DNA from: an uncultured bacterium
Lineage (GTDB): Bacteria > CAYJRR01
Direction: 5' to 3'
Length of the DNA stretch: 49,402 bases
Assembly (NCBI GenBank): GCA_964372275.1
Contig: CAYJRR010000015.1
Span: 1 to 49,402, forward strand
A program made the translations under genes and the position numbers. This document shows positions 10,000 to 19,323 of this stretch, in pieces (the first letter of the stretch is position 1; each line of letters opens with the position of its first letter). The notes beneath the pieces are model-generated. The model made no database searches and was not told where the DNA came from. It saw nothing but the letters and a program-made list of their open reading frames with translations.

Positions 10000-11061
10000 A
10001 TGGCGGGGGTATCGAAGTTCAATCTTCCGGGCGGTCTCCGGGGCCGCCCGGCGCGGATCCTGTTCCTGGCGGTCGGCGGAGCGCTGTTCCTGATGATCTT
10101 CGCCGGCTCGTGCACCGCGTACGTCGCCCCCAACGAGGTGGCGATCCTGGAAAGCCGGCTCATTCCGCCGCGCGGAATCCAGGTCCGCGGGGGGAAGCCG
10201 TTCGAAGGGGGCCGGATCCGCCTGCTGCTGCCGGGGCAGAGGATGCACACCTTCCCCACCGACATCCAGGTGCTCGACCTGACCAGCAACACCAAGGAGG
10301 TCGTGCGCGTCCGCAACCAGCGGATCGAGCCGGCGATGGAGGTGAACACCTCCGACGGTTCCCGGGTGAAGGTCGACGTCACCGTCCTCTACCGGATCAC
10401 CGATCCTCTCACCGTGATGCGCACGGCGGGTCCCGGTCGCCTGTTCGAGACCACCTCGGTCCTTCCGAAGACGATCGCCAGTCTGAAAAAGAACCTCGGC
10501 GAGATGGTCGCCGAGGACTTCTACGACGTGCACAAGCGCGTGGCGAAGGCCAAGGCGGCGCAGGAGCAGATCGCCGCCGAGCTCGCCGACAAGGGGATCG
10601 CGGTCGAGCAGGTGCTGTTGCGCCAGTACTACTACGACGGCGCCTACCAGCAGCAGATCGAGGAGAAGAAGATCCAGGACCAGCTCAAGTTTACGCGGCA
10701 GTCGGAGGCCGAAGCGGCCAAGGAGCTGGCGAAGAAGCAGGAGATCGAGGCGACCGGACAAGCGAACGTCGACATTGAGACCGAACGCGGCCGGGCGGAG
10801 GTGACCAAGATCCGGGCCGAGGCCGACGCCTACCGCCGCAAGCGCGTCGCCGAAGCCGACCTGTTGGTGCAGTTGGCGACCGCGAAGGGGACGGAGCTCG
10901 AGAACGCGGCCTACTCCGGCATCGGGTCGGAGAACCTGGTGGGGCTGGAGATGGCGGAGGTGCTCGGCGGTCTGGAGACGATCCTGGTGCCGTCCGGGGG
11001 GAAGAGCGGCGTCAACCCGCTCGACCTCGAGCAATCGCTCAAGATGTTCGACGTGAAGTAG
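10000..11061 (+). CDS. SPFH/prohibitin/Band-7 membrane protein
   Basis: N-terminal TM, TSDGSRVKVDVTVLYRI SPFH core, Ala/Glu-rich coiled coil; GGAGGG before ATG 10000 (alternative ATG 9967). Confidence 0.88.
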   Translation: MAGVSKFNLPGGLRGRPARILFLAVGGALFLMIFAGSCTAYVAPNEVAILESRLIPPRGIQVRGGKPFEGGRIRLLLPGQRMHTFPTDIQVLDLTSNTKEVVRVRNQRIEPAMEVNTSDGSRVKVDVTVLYRITDPLTVMRTAGPGRLFETTSVLPKTIASLKKNLGEMVAEDFYDVHKRVAKAKAAQEQIAAELADKGIAVEQVLLRQYYYDGAYQQQIEEKKIQDQLKFTRQSEAEAAKELAKKQEIEATGQANVDIETERGRAEVTKIRAEADAYRRKRVAEADLLVQLATAKGTELENAAYSGIGSENLVGLEMAEVLGGLETILVPSGGKSGVNPLDLEQSLKMFDVK

Positions 11062-11072
11062 GAGGAACGCCC

Positions 11073-12116
11073 GTGCGCATGCCCATCCGATTCGACGCGC
11101 GACCGATCCTCCCGGCCCTCCTCCGCGCGGCGGCCCTCGTGGGGCTCACCCTCGGCGGTTCCGGGTGCTTCCGCTCCACCGGCGGCACCGAGGTCGGGAT
11201 CGTCTTCAACAAGGTCCTCGGCGGCGACGGGGAGGTGGTGCTCCCCGGAACGACGAGCGCGGTGATCCCGTTCGTCCACGACTTCTATGTCTTCGACACC
11301 AAGACGCAGAAGCTGGAGATGATGCTGCAGCGGGACCGGAACGAGGAGCTGGAGTTCAAGACCCGCGACGGCAACGACATCGGCGTCGACGTCACCGTCC
11401 TCTACCGGATCGACCAGCCGAAGGCGGCGACGGTACTGCGCCGGGTCGCCGCCGACATGGAGGAGGTCAAGAACGTGCTGGTGCGCCCGCTGTCGCGTTC
11501 GATCCCGCGCGACGCGCTCAACGAGCTTTCGTCGGAGGAGTTCTACGATTCCGACCTGCGCGCGGCGAAGGAGGAGCTGGCGCACAAGACGCTCGCCGCC
11601 GCGCTCGAGCCGCTCGGGATCGTGGTGGAGCGGGTGGTTCTGGGGAACTACCGCTTCCACAAGCAGTACCAGGACGCGATCGACGCGAAGAAGGTGGCCG
11701 ACCAGACGGTGAACAAGAACCGGTCGGCCGCCGAGGCCGGAATCAAGGAGTGGGAGCGGAACCTGGAAACGACCAAGGGGGAGGTCGGACAGACGGTCGC
11801 CGCGGAGAAGGGGAAGGCGCAGCAGGTGGTCTTGCAGACCGACGCCTACTACGAAGCGAAGAAGCTCGAGGCCGATGCCATCCTCGCCGAGAAGACGGCG
11901 CGGGCGAAGGGGATCGCCAAGCTCAAGGGGGCAATGGCCGGCGCAGGCGGCCGCACCATGGTGAAGCTCAAGATCGCCGAGGCGCTGAAGGGGAAGCGCA
12001 TCGTCCTCTATCCCACCGGCGACGGGGCGATGAACGTCCAGAAGACCGACGTGAACAAGTTCCTGGAGACGATGGGCCTGGACAAGGAGACGACGGCGGC
12101 GGCGGAGAAGCCGTGA
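11073..12116 (+). CDS. SPFH/prohibitin membrane protein, second paralog
   Basis: TRDGNDIGVDVTVLYRI, coiled-coil tail; AGGAGG RBS. Confidence 0.88.
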   Translation: MRMPIRFDARPILPALLRAAALVGLTLGGSGCFRSTGGTEVGIVFNKVLGGDGEVVLPGTTSAVIPFVHDFYVFDTKTQKLEMMLQRDRNEELEFKTRDGNDIGVDVTVLYRIDQPKAATVLRRVAADMEEVKNVLVRPLSRSIPRDALNELSSEEFYDSDLRAAKEELAHKTLAAALEPLGIVVERVVLGNYRFHKQYQDAIDAKKVADQTVNKNRSAAEAGIKEWERNLETTKGEVGQTVAAEKGKAQQVVLQTDAYYEAKKLEADAILAEKTARAKGIAKLKGAMAGAGGRTMVKLKIAEALKGKRIVLYPTGDGAMNVQKTDVNKFLETMGLDKETTAAAEKP

Positions 12117-12138
12117 CCCCCTGTCGACGCGAGCCGGC

Positions 12139-13107
12139 GTGAACCGGGCACTGACGATCCTCGGATCGGTGGTGGCGCTGTTCGTGGCGGGCTGCGCGAT
12201 CGCCTACGTGAAGCTGGTGCGGCCCTGGGTGCGCCCCCCCGACGAGCCGGCCGCGGCGATCAACGCGCGTTGGGCGGAGGTCGAGCGCCTCGCGGCCACG
12301 CCGATGCCGCGGGCCGGCGCGGCGACCGATGCCGCACGACCGTCGCTGGAATCGACGTTGGCGCGCGTCGACGGCGATCCGGCGCTCCGCGATCTCTCCG
12401 TCGCGATTCGATCGAACGACGGGCCGCCGGGCGGGCGCGTATCGCTTCCGGAAGGGGCCATGGCGGTGGTGGCCTCCCTGCGCGAGTGGCGGCGTGGAGA
12501 GGGGGAGCTGGGGATGCCTCGCTGCTCGCCCGACGCCGCTCCGCTCGGCGCCCTGACCGTGGGGCGGTTGGCCTTGGCGGCGGCCGAGGACGCGGCCGAC
12601 GATCCGTCGCTCGACGCGGCGCTGTACCTCGCCAGCCGCCTGCGGCGCGAAGGGGACCTGCTCTTCGCCAGCGCCGGTGTGACGCTCACCCGCGACGCGC
12701 TGGCGTTCGCGGCGCGAAGGCCGACGGCGCGTGCGGCCATCGCGCGCTATCCCCCTTCCGACGGAGAGCTGTTCCCGGTGCTGGCGCGCGAAGCGGTCTG
12801 TGCCGACCAGGCCGCGCGCGCGGCGTCGATCGACGGCGCGACCCTCTCCGACCTGCCCTCAGTGGCCGCCGGACTGATCCACGTCGATCGCGAGCGCTTG
12901 ATGCTCCGGACGTTCCAGGCCGACCGGCTCCTCGCCGTCGCGCCGTACCGCGACGACCTGACGCGCGTGGCGCACGACCTGGCGCTGCCGCCGGTCGAAC
13001 GGCTCCCGAAGAGCTTCCTCGTCCGTCGGATCGCCACCGACGAGAGTCGCTTCATCGAGCGCTGGGCCCGGATGGTCGACGACCACAAGGCCCTTTTGGA
13101 GAGGTAG
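12139..13107 (+). CDS. Hypothetical membrane-anchored helical protein
   Basis: N-terminal hydrophobic helix, protein-like composition, collinear with the SPFH pair. Confidence 0.65.
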   Translation: MNRALTILGSVVALFVAGCAIAYVKLVRPWVRPPDEPAAAINARWAEVERLAATPMPRAGAATDAARPSLESTLARVDGDPALRDLSVAIRSNDGPPGGRVSLPEGAMAVVASLREWRRGEGELGMPRCSPDAAPLGALTVGRLALAAAEDAADDPSLDAALYLASRLRREGDLLFASAGVTLTRDALAFAARRPTARAAIARYPPSDGELFPVLAREAVCADQAARAASIDGATLSDLPSVAAGLIHVDRERLMLRTFQADRLLAVAPYRDDLTRVAHDLALPPVERLPKSFLVRRIATDESRFIERWARMVDDHKALLER

Positions 13108-13229
13108 GTCCGGGAGCGGCGACGTCGTCCTCGACGGATGCGGCATCGGTCGCCCACCGGCGTGGCGACTCGAGCGCCCATCGCTCACGCCCCTCGCGCC
13201 CAACCGCCCGAAACGGCTGGATGCGCTCG

Positions 13230-13245
13230 CGGCACGTGCGTTGCT
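13230..13245 (+). promoter_or_regulatory. Sigma54 (-24/-12) promoter
   Basis: CGGCACG-TGCG-TTGCT, GG-N10-GC, followed by GGAGGA RBS and ATG 13274. Confidence 0.75.
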
Positions 13246-13273
13246 TTCCGCGGCGGCCCATTTCGGAGGATTC

Positions 13274-14284
13274 ATGACCCGAGCGCGCCGGCCGGCGGTT
13301 CCACTTCTTGCCCCTCTCGTTCTCGCCCTCTCGCTCCTCGCGTCGTCCCCCTCCCCGGCCGCGGACGGCGGGGCGTGCGCACCGGGCGCAGACGGCGGCG
13401 CATCGGCCGTCGCCGGCGCCGTGCGGTCGGCCGCGGCGTTGACCGACGCTCCGGGGGCGGCGACCTTCGCCAAGGCCTGGACCCGGAAGTTCGCCGGATG
13501 CGCGCGCCGCGCGGCGGGTCGGGACGGCCGGCTGTCGGCGGCCGAAGCCGCTCGGTTCGCCGACCGGGACGACGCGTGCGCGATCTACGGAGACAACGCG
13601 GTGAACTGGCTCTTGGCCAAGGGTCAGGCCTCGGTCGACCTCGAGGTGCTGATCCGCGCCGGCTACCGCTACGCCTTCGCCACGGCCCGGAAGGCGGCGG
13701 ACGACGACGGCCGCCTCTCCTACCAGGACGCGGGATCGCTACCCGCCGACCTTCGCCAGGACTACCTCCACCTCCGCGGCGCCCTCGGACGCCGGACCGG
13801 ACCGTCCGCCGCGATCGACCTCGCGGCGCTGCGGGCGGCGACGGAGGGATTGATCTACAGCAGCGAGAACGAGTCTCGGTGGGTCGTCCTCGATCCGGTC
13901 GAGGCCCCGGCCGGGCCGATCACCCCCGAGCTGATTCGCGAGGCGTTCGCCGAGCAACACGACGTCGTATCCCGTGACGGAACGCTCTGGTTCCGCGAAG
14001 ACGCGGAGTACATCGGCCTCGCTCCCCGCTTCCCGGCGGCGAGCGATTTCCAGGAGTGGTTCTCCTACCTGGAAGAGCCGAACTCCGACCATCCGGCATC
14101 GGTCGAGGAGGCGCAGCGGTTCTCGGCGTTGCGGCAGATGCTGGAGGCCGGCCTGACCGACCTGCGGGTGATCCGCTTCAAGGAGAAGGACCAACCGGAC
14201 GCCGTCACCGCCTCGATCTTCGTCGTCGGCCGCGCCGCCGACGGCCGGCTGGTCGCGATCCTCACCGGCGCCGTCGAAACCTAG
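13274..14284 (+). CDS. Exported protein with EF-hand-like N-domain and C-terminal nuclease A inhibitor (NuiA-like) domain
   Basis: Signal peptide (LLAPLVLALSLLASSPSPA); two DGRLS loops; ATEGLIYSSE...LTDLRVIRF...IFVVGRAADG...AVET matches the NuiA family pattern. Confidence 0.75.
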   Translation: MTRARRPAVPLLAPLVLALSLLASSPSPAADGGACAPGADGGASAVAGAVRSAAALTDAPGAATFAKAWTRKFAGCARRAAGRDGRLSAAEAARFADRDDACAIYGDNAVNWLLAKGQASVDLEVLIRAGYRYAFATARKAADDDGRLSYQDAGSLPADLRQDYLHLRGALGRRTGPSAAIDLAALRAATEGLIYSSENESRWVVLDPVEAPAGPITPELIREAFAEQHDVVSRDGTLWFREDAEYIGLAPRFPAASDFQEWFSYLEEPNSDHPASVEEAQRFSALRQMLEAGLTDLRVIRFKEKDQPDAVTASIFVVGRAADGRLVAILTGAVET

Positions 14285-14309
14285 GCGACGGCGCGGCCGC
14301 GGATCGCCG

Positions 14310-15263
14310 TCACGACGGGGCGTGGGTGACGAGGCAGACCCATTCCCCTTCGCGCCGCACCTCCGGATTGGAGAACCCGCGGGCGCGGTAGGCGTCGGCG
14401 ACCGAGCCGGCGAGGTGCGACAGGATTCCGGAGAGGATCAACGCGCCCCCCGGCTCGACCTTCGCCGCGAGCGACGGGGCCATGGCGATCAGCGCCTCGG
14501 CGAGGATGTTCGCCACCACGATCGGGAACCGACCGTCGACCGCCTCGAGCGGGCGCCCGTCGATGGCGACCGTCCCCTCCAGCCCGTTCTCCGCGACGTT
14601 CTCGCGCGCGGCGGCGACCGCCTCCGGATCGTTGTCGATCCCGACCGCGCGGGACGCGCCGAGTCGCACCGCCGCGATCGCCAGGATCCCGCTGCCGGTC
14701 CCGACGTCGAGCACCGAAAGTCCATCCGCAGGGTCCGCGCGCCCGATCGCGTCCTCCAGGGCGACCAGGCACAGCGAGGTCGTCTCGTGCTGGCCGGTGC
14801 CGAACGCCATTCCGGGGTCGACGCGCACGACCACCCTCCCCTCCTGCGGCTCGACCCGCTCCCAGCTCGGCGCGACGACCAGCCTCCGGCCGATCGACCG
14901 CGGCTTGAAGTGCGCCTTCCAGCCCTCCGCCCAGTTTCCGTAGGCCACCTCGTCGACCCACACCCGTGGCGAGCCGGCACCGGCCTCGCGCAACGCGCGC
15001 CGCAGGTCCGCTTCGAGGGCCGTATCGGCGCGGTACGTCGCTTCCGCGAAGTAGATGCGAAGCAGGATCCGCGGTTCGCCCGACGGATCGGTCCTTCCGG
15101 GCCTCGCGCGTTCCCGGGGATCCCCCTGAACCTCCGTCTCCTCGGTGATCCCCGTCGAACCGCGGTCGAAGCAGAAGGCGGAAACGGCCTCCACCGCCTC
15201 CGGCGGAACGATCACGCGCACCTCGATCCATCGTTCGTCCTTGAAGGCGATCGGCGTCTCCAT
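14310..15263 (-). CDS. prmA: Ribosomal protein L11 methyltransferase
   Basis: WAEGWKAHF, DPGMAFGTGQHETT, VLDVGTGSGIL, VVANI, LILSGIL. Confidence 0.95.
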   Translation of the reverse strand: METPIAFKDERWIEVRVIVPPEAVEAVSAFCFDRGSTGITEETEVQGDPRERARPGRTDPSGEPRILLRIYFAEATYRADTALEADLRRALREAGAGSPRVWVDEVAYGNWAEGWKAHFKPRSIGRRLVVAPSWERVEPQEGRVVVRVDPGMAFGTGQHETTSLCLVALEDAIGRADPADGLSVLDVGTGSGILAIAAVRLGASRAVGIDNDPEAVAAARENVAENGLEGTVAIDGRPLEAVDGRFPIVVANILAEALIAMAPSLAAKVEPGGALILSGILSHLAGSVADAYRARGFSNPEVRREGEWVCLVTHAPS

Positions 15264-15289
15264 CCGCCACAGGTGACCGGCGACGACGG

Positions 15290-15299
15290 ATGATACGAT
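15290..15299. promoter_or_regulatory. Overlapping bidirectional -10 boxes for prmA and rsmE
   Basis: TATCAT on - and TG-a-TACGAT on + share a central TA; TACGAT lies 10 nt before GTG 15310. Confidence 0.55.
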
Positions 15300-15309
15300 C
15301 CCGGGCCCC

Positions 15310-16041
15310 GTGGCCCACCCGCGAATCCCGATCGATCCGGCCGCCGTCCGCGGCGGGCGGGTCGCCATCGCCGGCGGCGACGCGCGCCACCTCCGCAAGG
15401 CGCTGCGGCTCGGGGCCGGAGACCGGCTGGTCGCCTTCGACGGAACGGGACGCGAATGGGACGCGACGATCGAACGGGTCGAACCGTCGGCCGTCCACCT
15501 CGCGCTCGGCGAGGAGCGGCGGTCGGCCGTCGAGTCTCCGTGCGAGATCCTCCTCGGTCAGGGGGTGGGGAAAGGGGACAAGCTCGATCTGGTCGTGCGC
15601 GCCGCGACCGAGCTCGGAGTGCGCGCGGTCGTCCCGGTCGTCACCGAGCGCGCGGTGGCGACGGCGGCGGGCGACGCGCGGCTCGAACGCTGGCGCCGGA
15701 TCGCGGCCGAAGCCTGCAAGCAGTGCGGCCGCGCGGCGGTGCCCGAAATCGCCCGGCCGGAGCCGCTCGAGGCGTTCCTGCGTCGCGCCGCGCGGTTCGA
15801 ACGGAAGCTCGTGCCGTGGGAGTCGGGTGGGGTTCCGCTTCGATCGCTCGCGGGATCGGGGGGCGTCCGCTCCACGGCTCTGCTGGTGGGACCCGAAGGG
15901 GGCCTCGCGCCGCGGGAGGTGGCGGCGGCCGAGGCCGCGGGCTTCGTCGCCGTGCGACTCGGACCCCGGGTCCTACGCACCGAGACGGCCGGGATCGTCG
16001 CGGTCGCGGCGGCCCAGCTCCTGTTCGGAGACCTGACGTGA
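15310..16041 (+). CDS. rsmE: 16S rRNA m3U1498 methyltransferase
   Basis: HLRKALRL, ATELGV, EACKQCGR, VGPEGG, LGPRVLRTETA. Confidence 0.95.
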   Translation: MAHPRIPIDPAAVRGGRVAIAGGDARHLRKALRLGAGDRLVAFDGTGREWDATIERVEPSAVHLALGEERRSAVESPCEILLGQGVGKGDKLDLVVRAATELGVRAVVPVVTERAVATAAGDARLERWRRIAAEACKQCGRAAVPEIARPEPLEAFLRRAARFERKLVPWESGGVPLRSLAGSGGVRSTALLVGPEGGLAPREVAAAEAAGFVAVRLGPRVLRTETAGIVAVAAAQLLFGDLT

Positions 16042-16496
16042 AGGTGGTCGTCTGCGAAGCGTCGAGCGCCGCCGACCGCGCGGCCCACGACGAGTTCCGG
16101 ACGGCCCACGCCGACGCCGCCGATCGTCTCCTCTACCGCTCCGAGGACGAGCTGGAGTGGGACGCCGCCCGGTACGTGCTGCTGGCGCGCGACGCGCGCG
16201 GGAGCGGGATGGGAGCGATCCTCGGCACGGCGGTCGGATGGCACATCGGCGGAATCGCCAAGATCACCGACCTGATGGTCGACGCCCACGTGCGACGGCG
16301 TGGGATCGCGCGGACGCTGGTGGAGGCGTTCGAATCCCGCGCCCGGGCGGCGCGTTGCCATCGGACGCACGCCGTGACGGTGGCCGGGAGCGGCGCCGAA
16401 GCGTTCTGGCGGCGGGTGGGATGGGAGGTGGTGGCGCGCCTGCCGGACCACTACTTCGGGATCGAGCACGTCGTCCTTTCGCGAAAGCTGGAGTAG
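16038..16496 (+). CDS. GNAT family N-acetyltransferase
   Basis: LMVDAHVRRRGIARTL acetyl-CoA motif, AEAFWRRVGW; GTGA overlap with the rsmE stop. Confidence 0.85.
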   Translation: MKVVVCEASSAADRAAHDEFRTAHADAADRLLYRSEDELEWDAARYVLLARDARGSGMGAILGTAVGWHIGGIAKITDLMVDAHVRRRGIARTLVEAFESRARAARCHRTHAVTVAGSGAEAFWRRVGWEVVARLPDHYFGIEHVVLSRKLE

Positions 16497-16511
16497 GCTC
16501 CCCGTCCGCCC

Positions 16512-17780
16512 ATGCACCGACGAACATCGCCCCGTACCGGACCCGCGCTCGCGCGCCGGTTCCGCGACCTCCTTCTTCCCTGGATTCCCATCACCGCCTT
16601 GGCGTGCTCCGGCGGAAGCGGCGGTGGCGCCGAACCGACGCCCGAGCCGACCCCCGTGGTGCGCCATGCCGAGTGGCGAGGCGCGGAGCTCGCCGCCTTC
16701 ACCCGCGACCACGTCGAGATCGTCGACGGCGCGGCCCGGATCTCCGCCGCCGGCGGGCTGGATGGGACCGACACCGGCAACCTCTATCACGGAGGCGAGT
16801 ACACTTACGGGACGCTCGTCTCCCCGGAGATCGAGGTCGAGGCGCCGTTCGTGGAGGCGATCGCCTCCTGGGAGGCGACCACCCCCGCCAACACCTGGAT
16901 CGAGGTCGCGATCGCCGCGCGCATCGGAACGCGATGGACGAAAGACTACGTCCTCGGGATCTGGAGCTCCGGGAACGAGGCGTTCGACCGACACAGCGTC
17001 GACGGCCAGGACGACGCCGACGGCGCCGTTCTCACCGACACGTTGGTCCTGACCGCTCCGGCCGACGCCTTCCGGATCAAGTCGACTCTCTTCGCCACCG
17101 GCGCCTCCGGAACGCCGCGTTTGCGCGCCCTCCACGCCGTCGTCACCGATCCCGAGGCGACGGCACCGGCGCTCGACGCGTTCGAAGACGCGCACGGGGC
17201 GGAGGTCGCCGTCCCCGGCCGCTCGCAGATGATCTACGAAGGGGGCGGCGAGATCTGGTGCAGCCCGACCTCCACGGTGATGGTCCTCGCCCACTGGGCG
17301 GCGGAGACCTCCGAGCCGTGGGTGGTCGACGTGCCGGACGCCGCCGACGCCACCTACGACCCGGTCTTCGGAGGGACCGGCAACTGGCCGTTCAACACCG
17401 CCTGGGCCGCGTCGGTCGGCACCTCGACGTCGGGGGAGGGGCTCCTGCGGGCCTTCGTCACGCGGATGTGGCGCGTCGAGCAGTTGGAGCGCCTGACCGC
17501 GGCGGGGATCCCTGTGGTGGTGAGCGCCTCCTGGTCGAGCGGCGGAATGACCGGCGCGCCGCTCGACTCTTCCGGAGGGCACCTGTTCGTGGTGACCGGA
17601 TTCGACGCGGACGGGGACGTCGTCGTCGCCGATCCCGCCGGCCCGGAAGACGACGGCGTGCGCTACGTCTACGACCGGGCGCAGTTCGACGCCGCCTGGT
17701 CGAACTCCGGCCGGACGACGTACGTGATCCATCCCCTCGATATCGAGATCCCGGCGGAGGGCGCGCTCGGCGCATGGTGA
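16512..17780 (+). CDS. Peptidase C39-like family lipoprotein
   Basis: ALAC lipobox; SQM...WCSPTS, GNWPFNTA, GHLFVVTGF...DP. Confidence 0.85.
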   Translation: MHRRTSPRTGPALARRFRDLLLPWIPITALACSGGSGGGAEPTPEPTPVVRHAEWRGAELAAFTRDHVEIVDGAARISAAGGLDGTDTGNLYHGGEYTYGTLVSPEIEVEAPFVEAIASWEATTPANTWIEVAIAARIGTRWTKDYVLGIWSSGNEAFDRHSVDGQDDADGAVLTDTLVLTAPADAFRIKSTLFATGASGTPRLRALHAVVTDPEATAPALDAFEDAHGAEVAVPGRSQMIYEGGGEIWCSPTSTVMVLAHWAAETSEPWVVDVPDAADATYDPVFGGTGNWPFNTAWAASVGTSTSGEGLLRAFVTRMWRVEQLERLTAAGIPVVVSASWSSGGMTGAPLDSSGGHLFVVTGFDADGDVVVADPAGPEDDGVRYVYDRAQFDAAWSNSGRTTYVIHPLDIEIPAEGALGAW

Positions 17781-18310
17781 CGGTTCCGGACCTCCTGCGA
17801 CCGGCCGTCGCGTGGCCTCCGGGGTTCTTCGCGCTGCCGAACGTGCCCTACCTGCTCGCGAGCTTCGTCCACCTCGCGGGGATGGCGGTCTGGCTGGGCG
17901 GCATCGCCACGCTGGGGGCGATCGTCGCCCCGGTCCTCTTCCGGCGACTTCCGCGGTCGGAGGCCGGCGCCCACTTCGCGGCGATGGTGGCCCGGTTCGA
18001 GCGCGTCGCCCTCTGGGCCGCCGTCGCCAGCGTCGTCGGGGCCGCGGCAAAGGCGGCGATCGGAGGACAGAACCCGAACCTCTGGGCGCTGCTCCGCCTC
18101 GCGAGCCTGGGGACGATGGTGGCGCTCCTGTCGATCGGGATGCTCGGAGTCCATCCCCGGCTCCGGCGACTCCTGGCCGAGAGACCCTCGATCGGCGAGG
18201 CGTCCGACGCCGATCCGGCCCGTTCGGAGTTCCAGCGACTGCACCGGCTCTCCGAGCGGCTCCTCTCCGCGCAGGTCGTCCTCGGTTCGATCGTCCTCCT
18301 CCTGTCATGA
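17774..18310 (+). CDS. DUF4149/CopD-like four-helix membrane protein
   Basis: HLAGMAVWLGG, VAPVLFRRL, FQRLHRLS; overlaps both neighbours. Confidence 0.75.
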   Translation: MVTVPDLLRPAVAWPPGFFALPNVPYLLASFVHLAGMAVWLGGIATLGAIVAPVLFRRLPRSEAGAHFAAMVARFERVALWAAVASVVGAAAKAAIGGQNPNLWALLRLASLGTMVALLSIGMLGVHPRLRRLLAERPSIGEASDADPARSEFQRLHRLSERLLSAQVVLGSIVLLLS

Positions 18311-19320
18311 ACGCCCGACGGCGGAAGCTGATCGCCGTGCTCGCGATGGCGATGGTCGCGATCTCGACGGCGGGACCGCTGATCGTCGCGTCGGGGATGC
18401 CGGCGCCGGCGGTCGCGTTCTGGCGGGCGCTCCTGGGCGGCTCGATCCTGCTTCCGGCGTGCCTCCTGTTGGAGCGCGGCGCGCTGCGGGCGCTTCCGGC
18501 GAGGGACGTGGCGATGATCGCGCTCGCCGGGACCGGTCTCGGCGCGCACTACCTGCTCTGGATCGGATCGCTCGCCTACACCAGCGTCAGCTCGTCGACG
18601 GTGCTCGTCACCACCAACCCCATCTGGGTGGCGATCGGCGGGCGGATCTTCCTCCGGGAGCCGACGTCGCGCGGGACCTGGATCGCGATCGCCGTCGGAA
18701 CGCTGGGGGCGACGATCCTGGCGCTGGCCGACGGCGCCGCCGCGGACGGCTCTGGGCCAGGGGTCGCCGCCGGCCTCCTCGCCGGCCGGCGGCCGCTTCT
18801 CGGCGACGCGATGGCCCTGGGGGGCGCCATCGTCGGGAGCGTGACGCTGCTACTCGGCCGATCGCTTCGGACGCGCGTTCCGGTCCTGACCTACTCGACC
18901 GTCTGCTCGCTGACGGCAGTGCCGATCCTCGCGGCGGCGATCGTCGTGACCGGCGACCCGGTCGTTCCGCCGACCGCCCGCCAGATGGCGATCGTGGTGT
19001 CGATCGCGGTCGTTCCCCACCTCCTCGGCGGACTGTCGCTCAACTGGGCGCTGGGCCTGATCCCGGCGGCGCGCGTGGCGCTGGTGATCCTGGCGGAACC
19101 GGTCGGCGCGACCCTCCTCGCGTGGGCTTTCCTCGCCCAGCGACCCGGCCCCTTGTCTCTGGTCGGCGGCGCCCTGGTCCTTGCCGCCGTCGGCCTCAAC
19201 CTCCTTGCCGCCGAACGGTCCGCCCTTCGGGCTCCCTCGGGGGACTCCCCGGACCCCTTCGCCCATCGGGCTCCCTCGGGGGACTCCCCGGACCCCTCCG
19301 CCCATCGGGATTCGGAGTAG
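18307..19320 (+). CDS. DMT/EamA family transporter
   Basis: About 10 TM helices, VAFWR, SLAYTSVSSSTVLVTTNPIWV, LAEPVGATLLA; ATGA overlap. Confidence 0.9.
   Translation: MNARRRKLIAVLAMAMVAISTAGPLIVASGMPAPAVAFWRALLGGSILLPACLLLERGALRALPARDVAMIALAGTGLGAHYLLWIGSLAYTSVSSSTVLVTTNPIWVAIGGRIFLREPTSRGTWIAIAVGTLGATILALADGAAADGSGPGVAAGLLAGRRPLLGDAMALGGAIVGSVTLLLGRSLRTRVPVLTYSTVCSLTAVPILAAAIVVTGDPVVPPTARQMAIVVSIAVVPHLLGGLSLNWALGLIPAARVALVILAEPVGATLLAWAFLAQRPGPLSLVGGALVLAAVGLNLLAAERSALRAPSGDSPDPFAHRAPSGDSPDPSAHRDSE
19221..19309 (+). repeat. 39-bp tandem repeat (about 2.3 copies) in the 3' end of the DMT gene
   Basis: CGCCCWTCGGGCTCCCTCGGGGGACTCCCCGGACCCCTY repeated; encodes RAPSGDSPDPxAH twice. Confidence 0.9.
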
Positions 19321-19323
19321 GGT

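Noticed and set aside
19221-19309. Possible mini CRISPR array
   Set aside because: Repeats are contiguous with no spacers, and no cas genes are present
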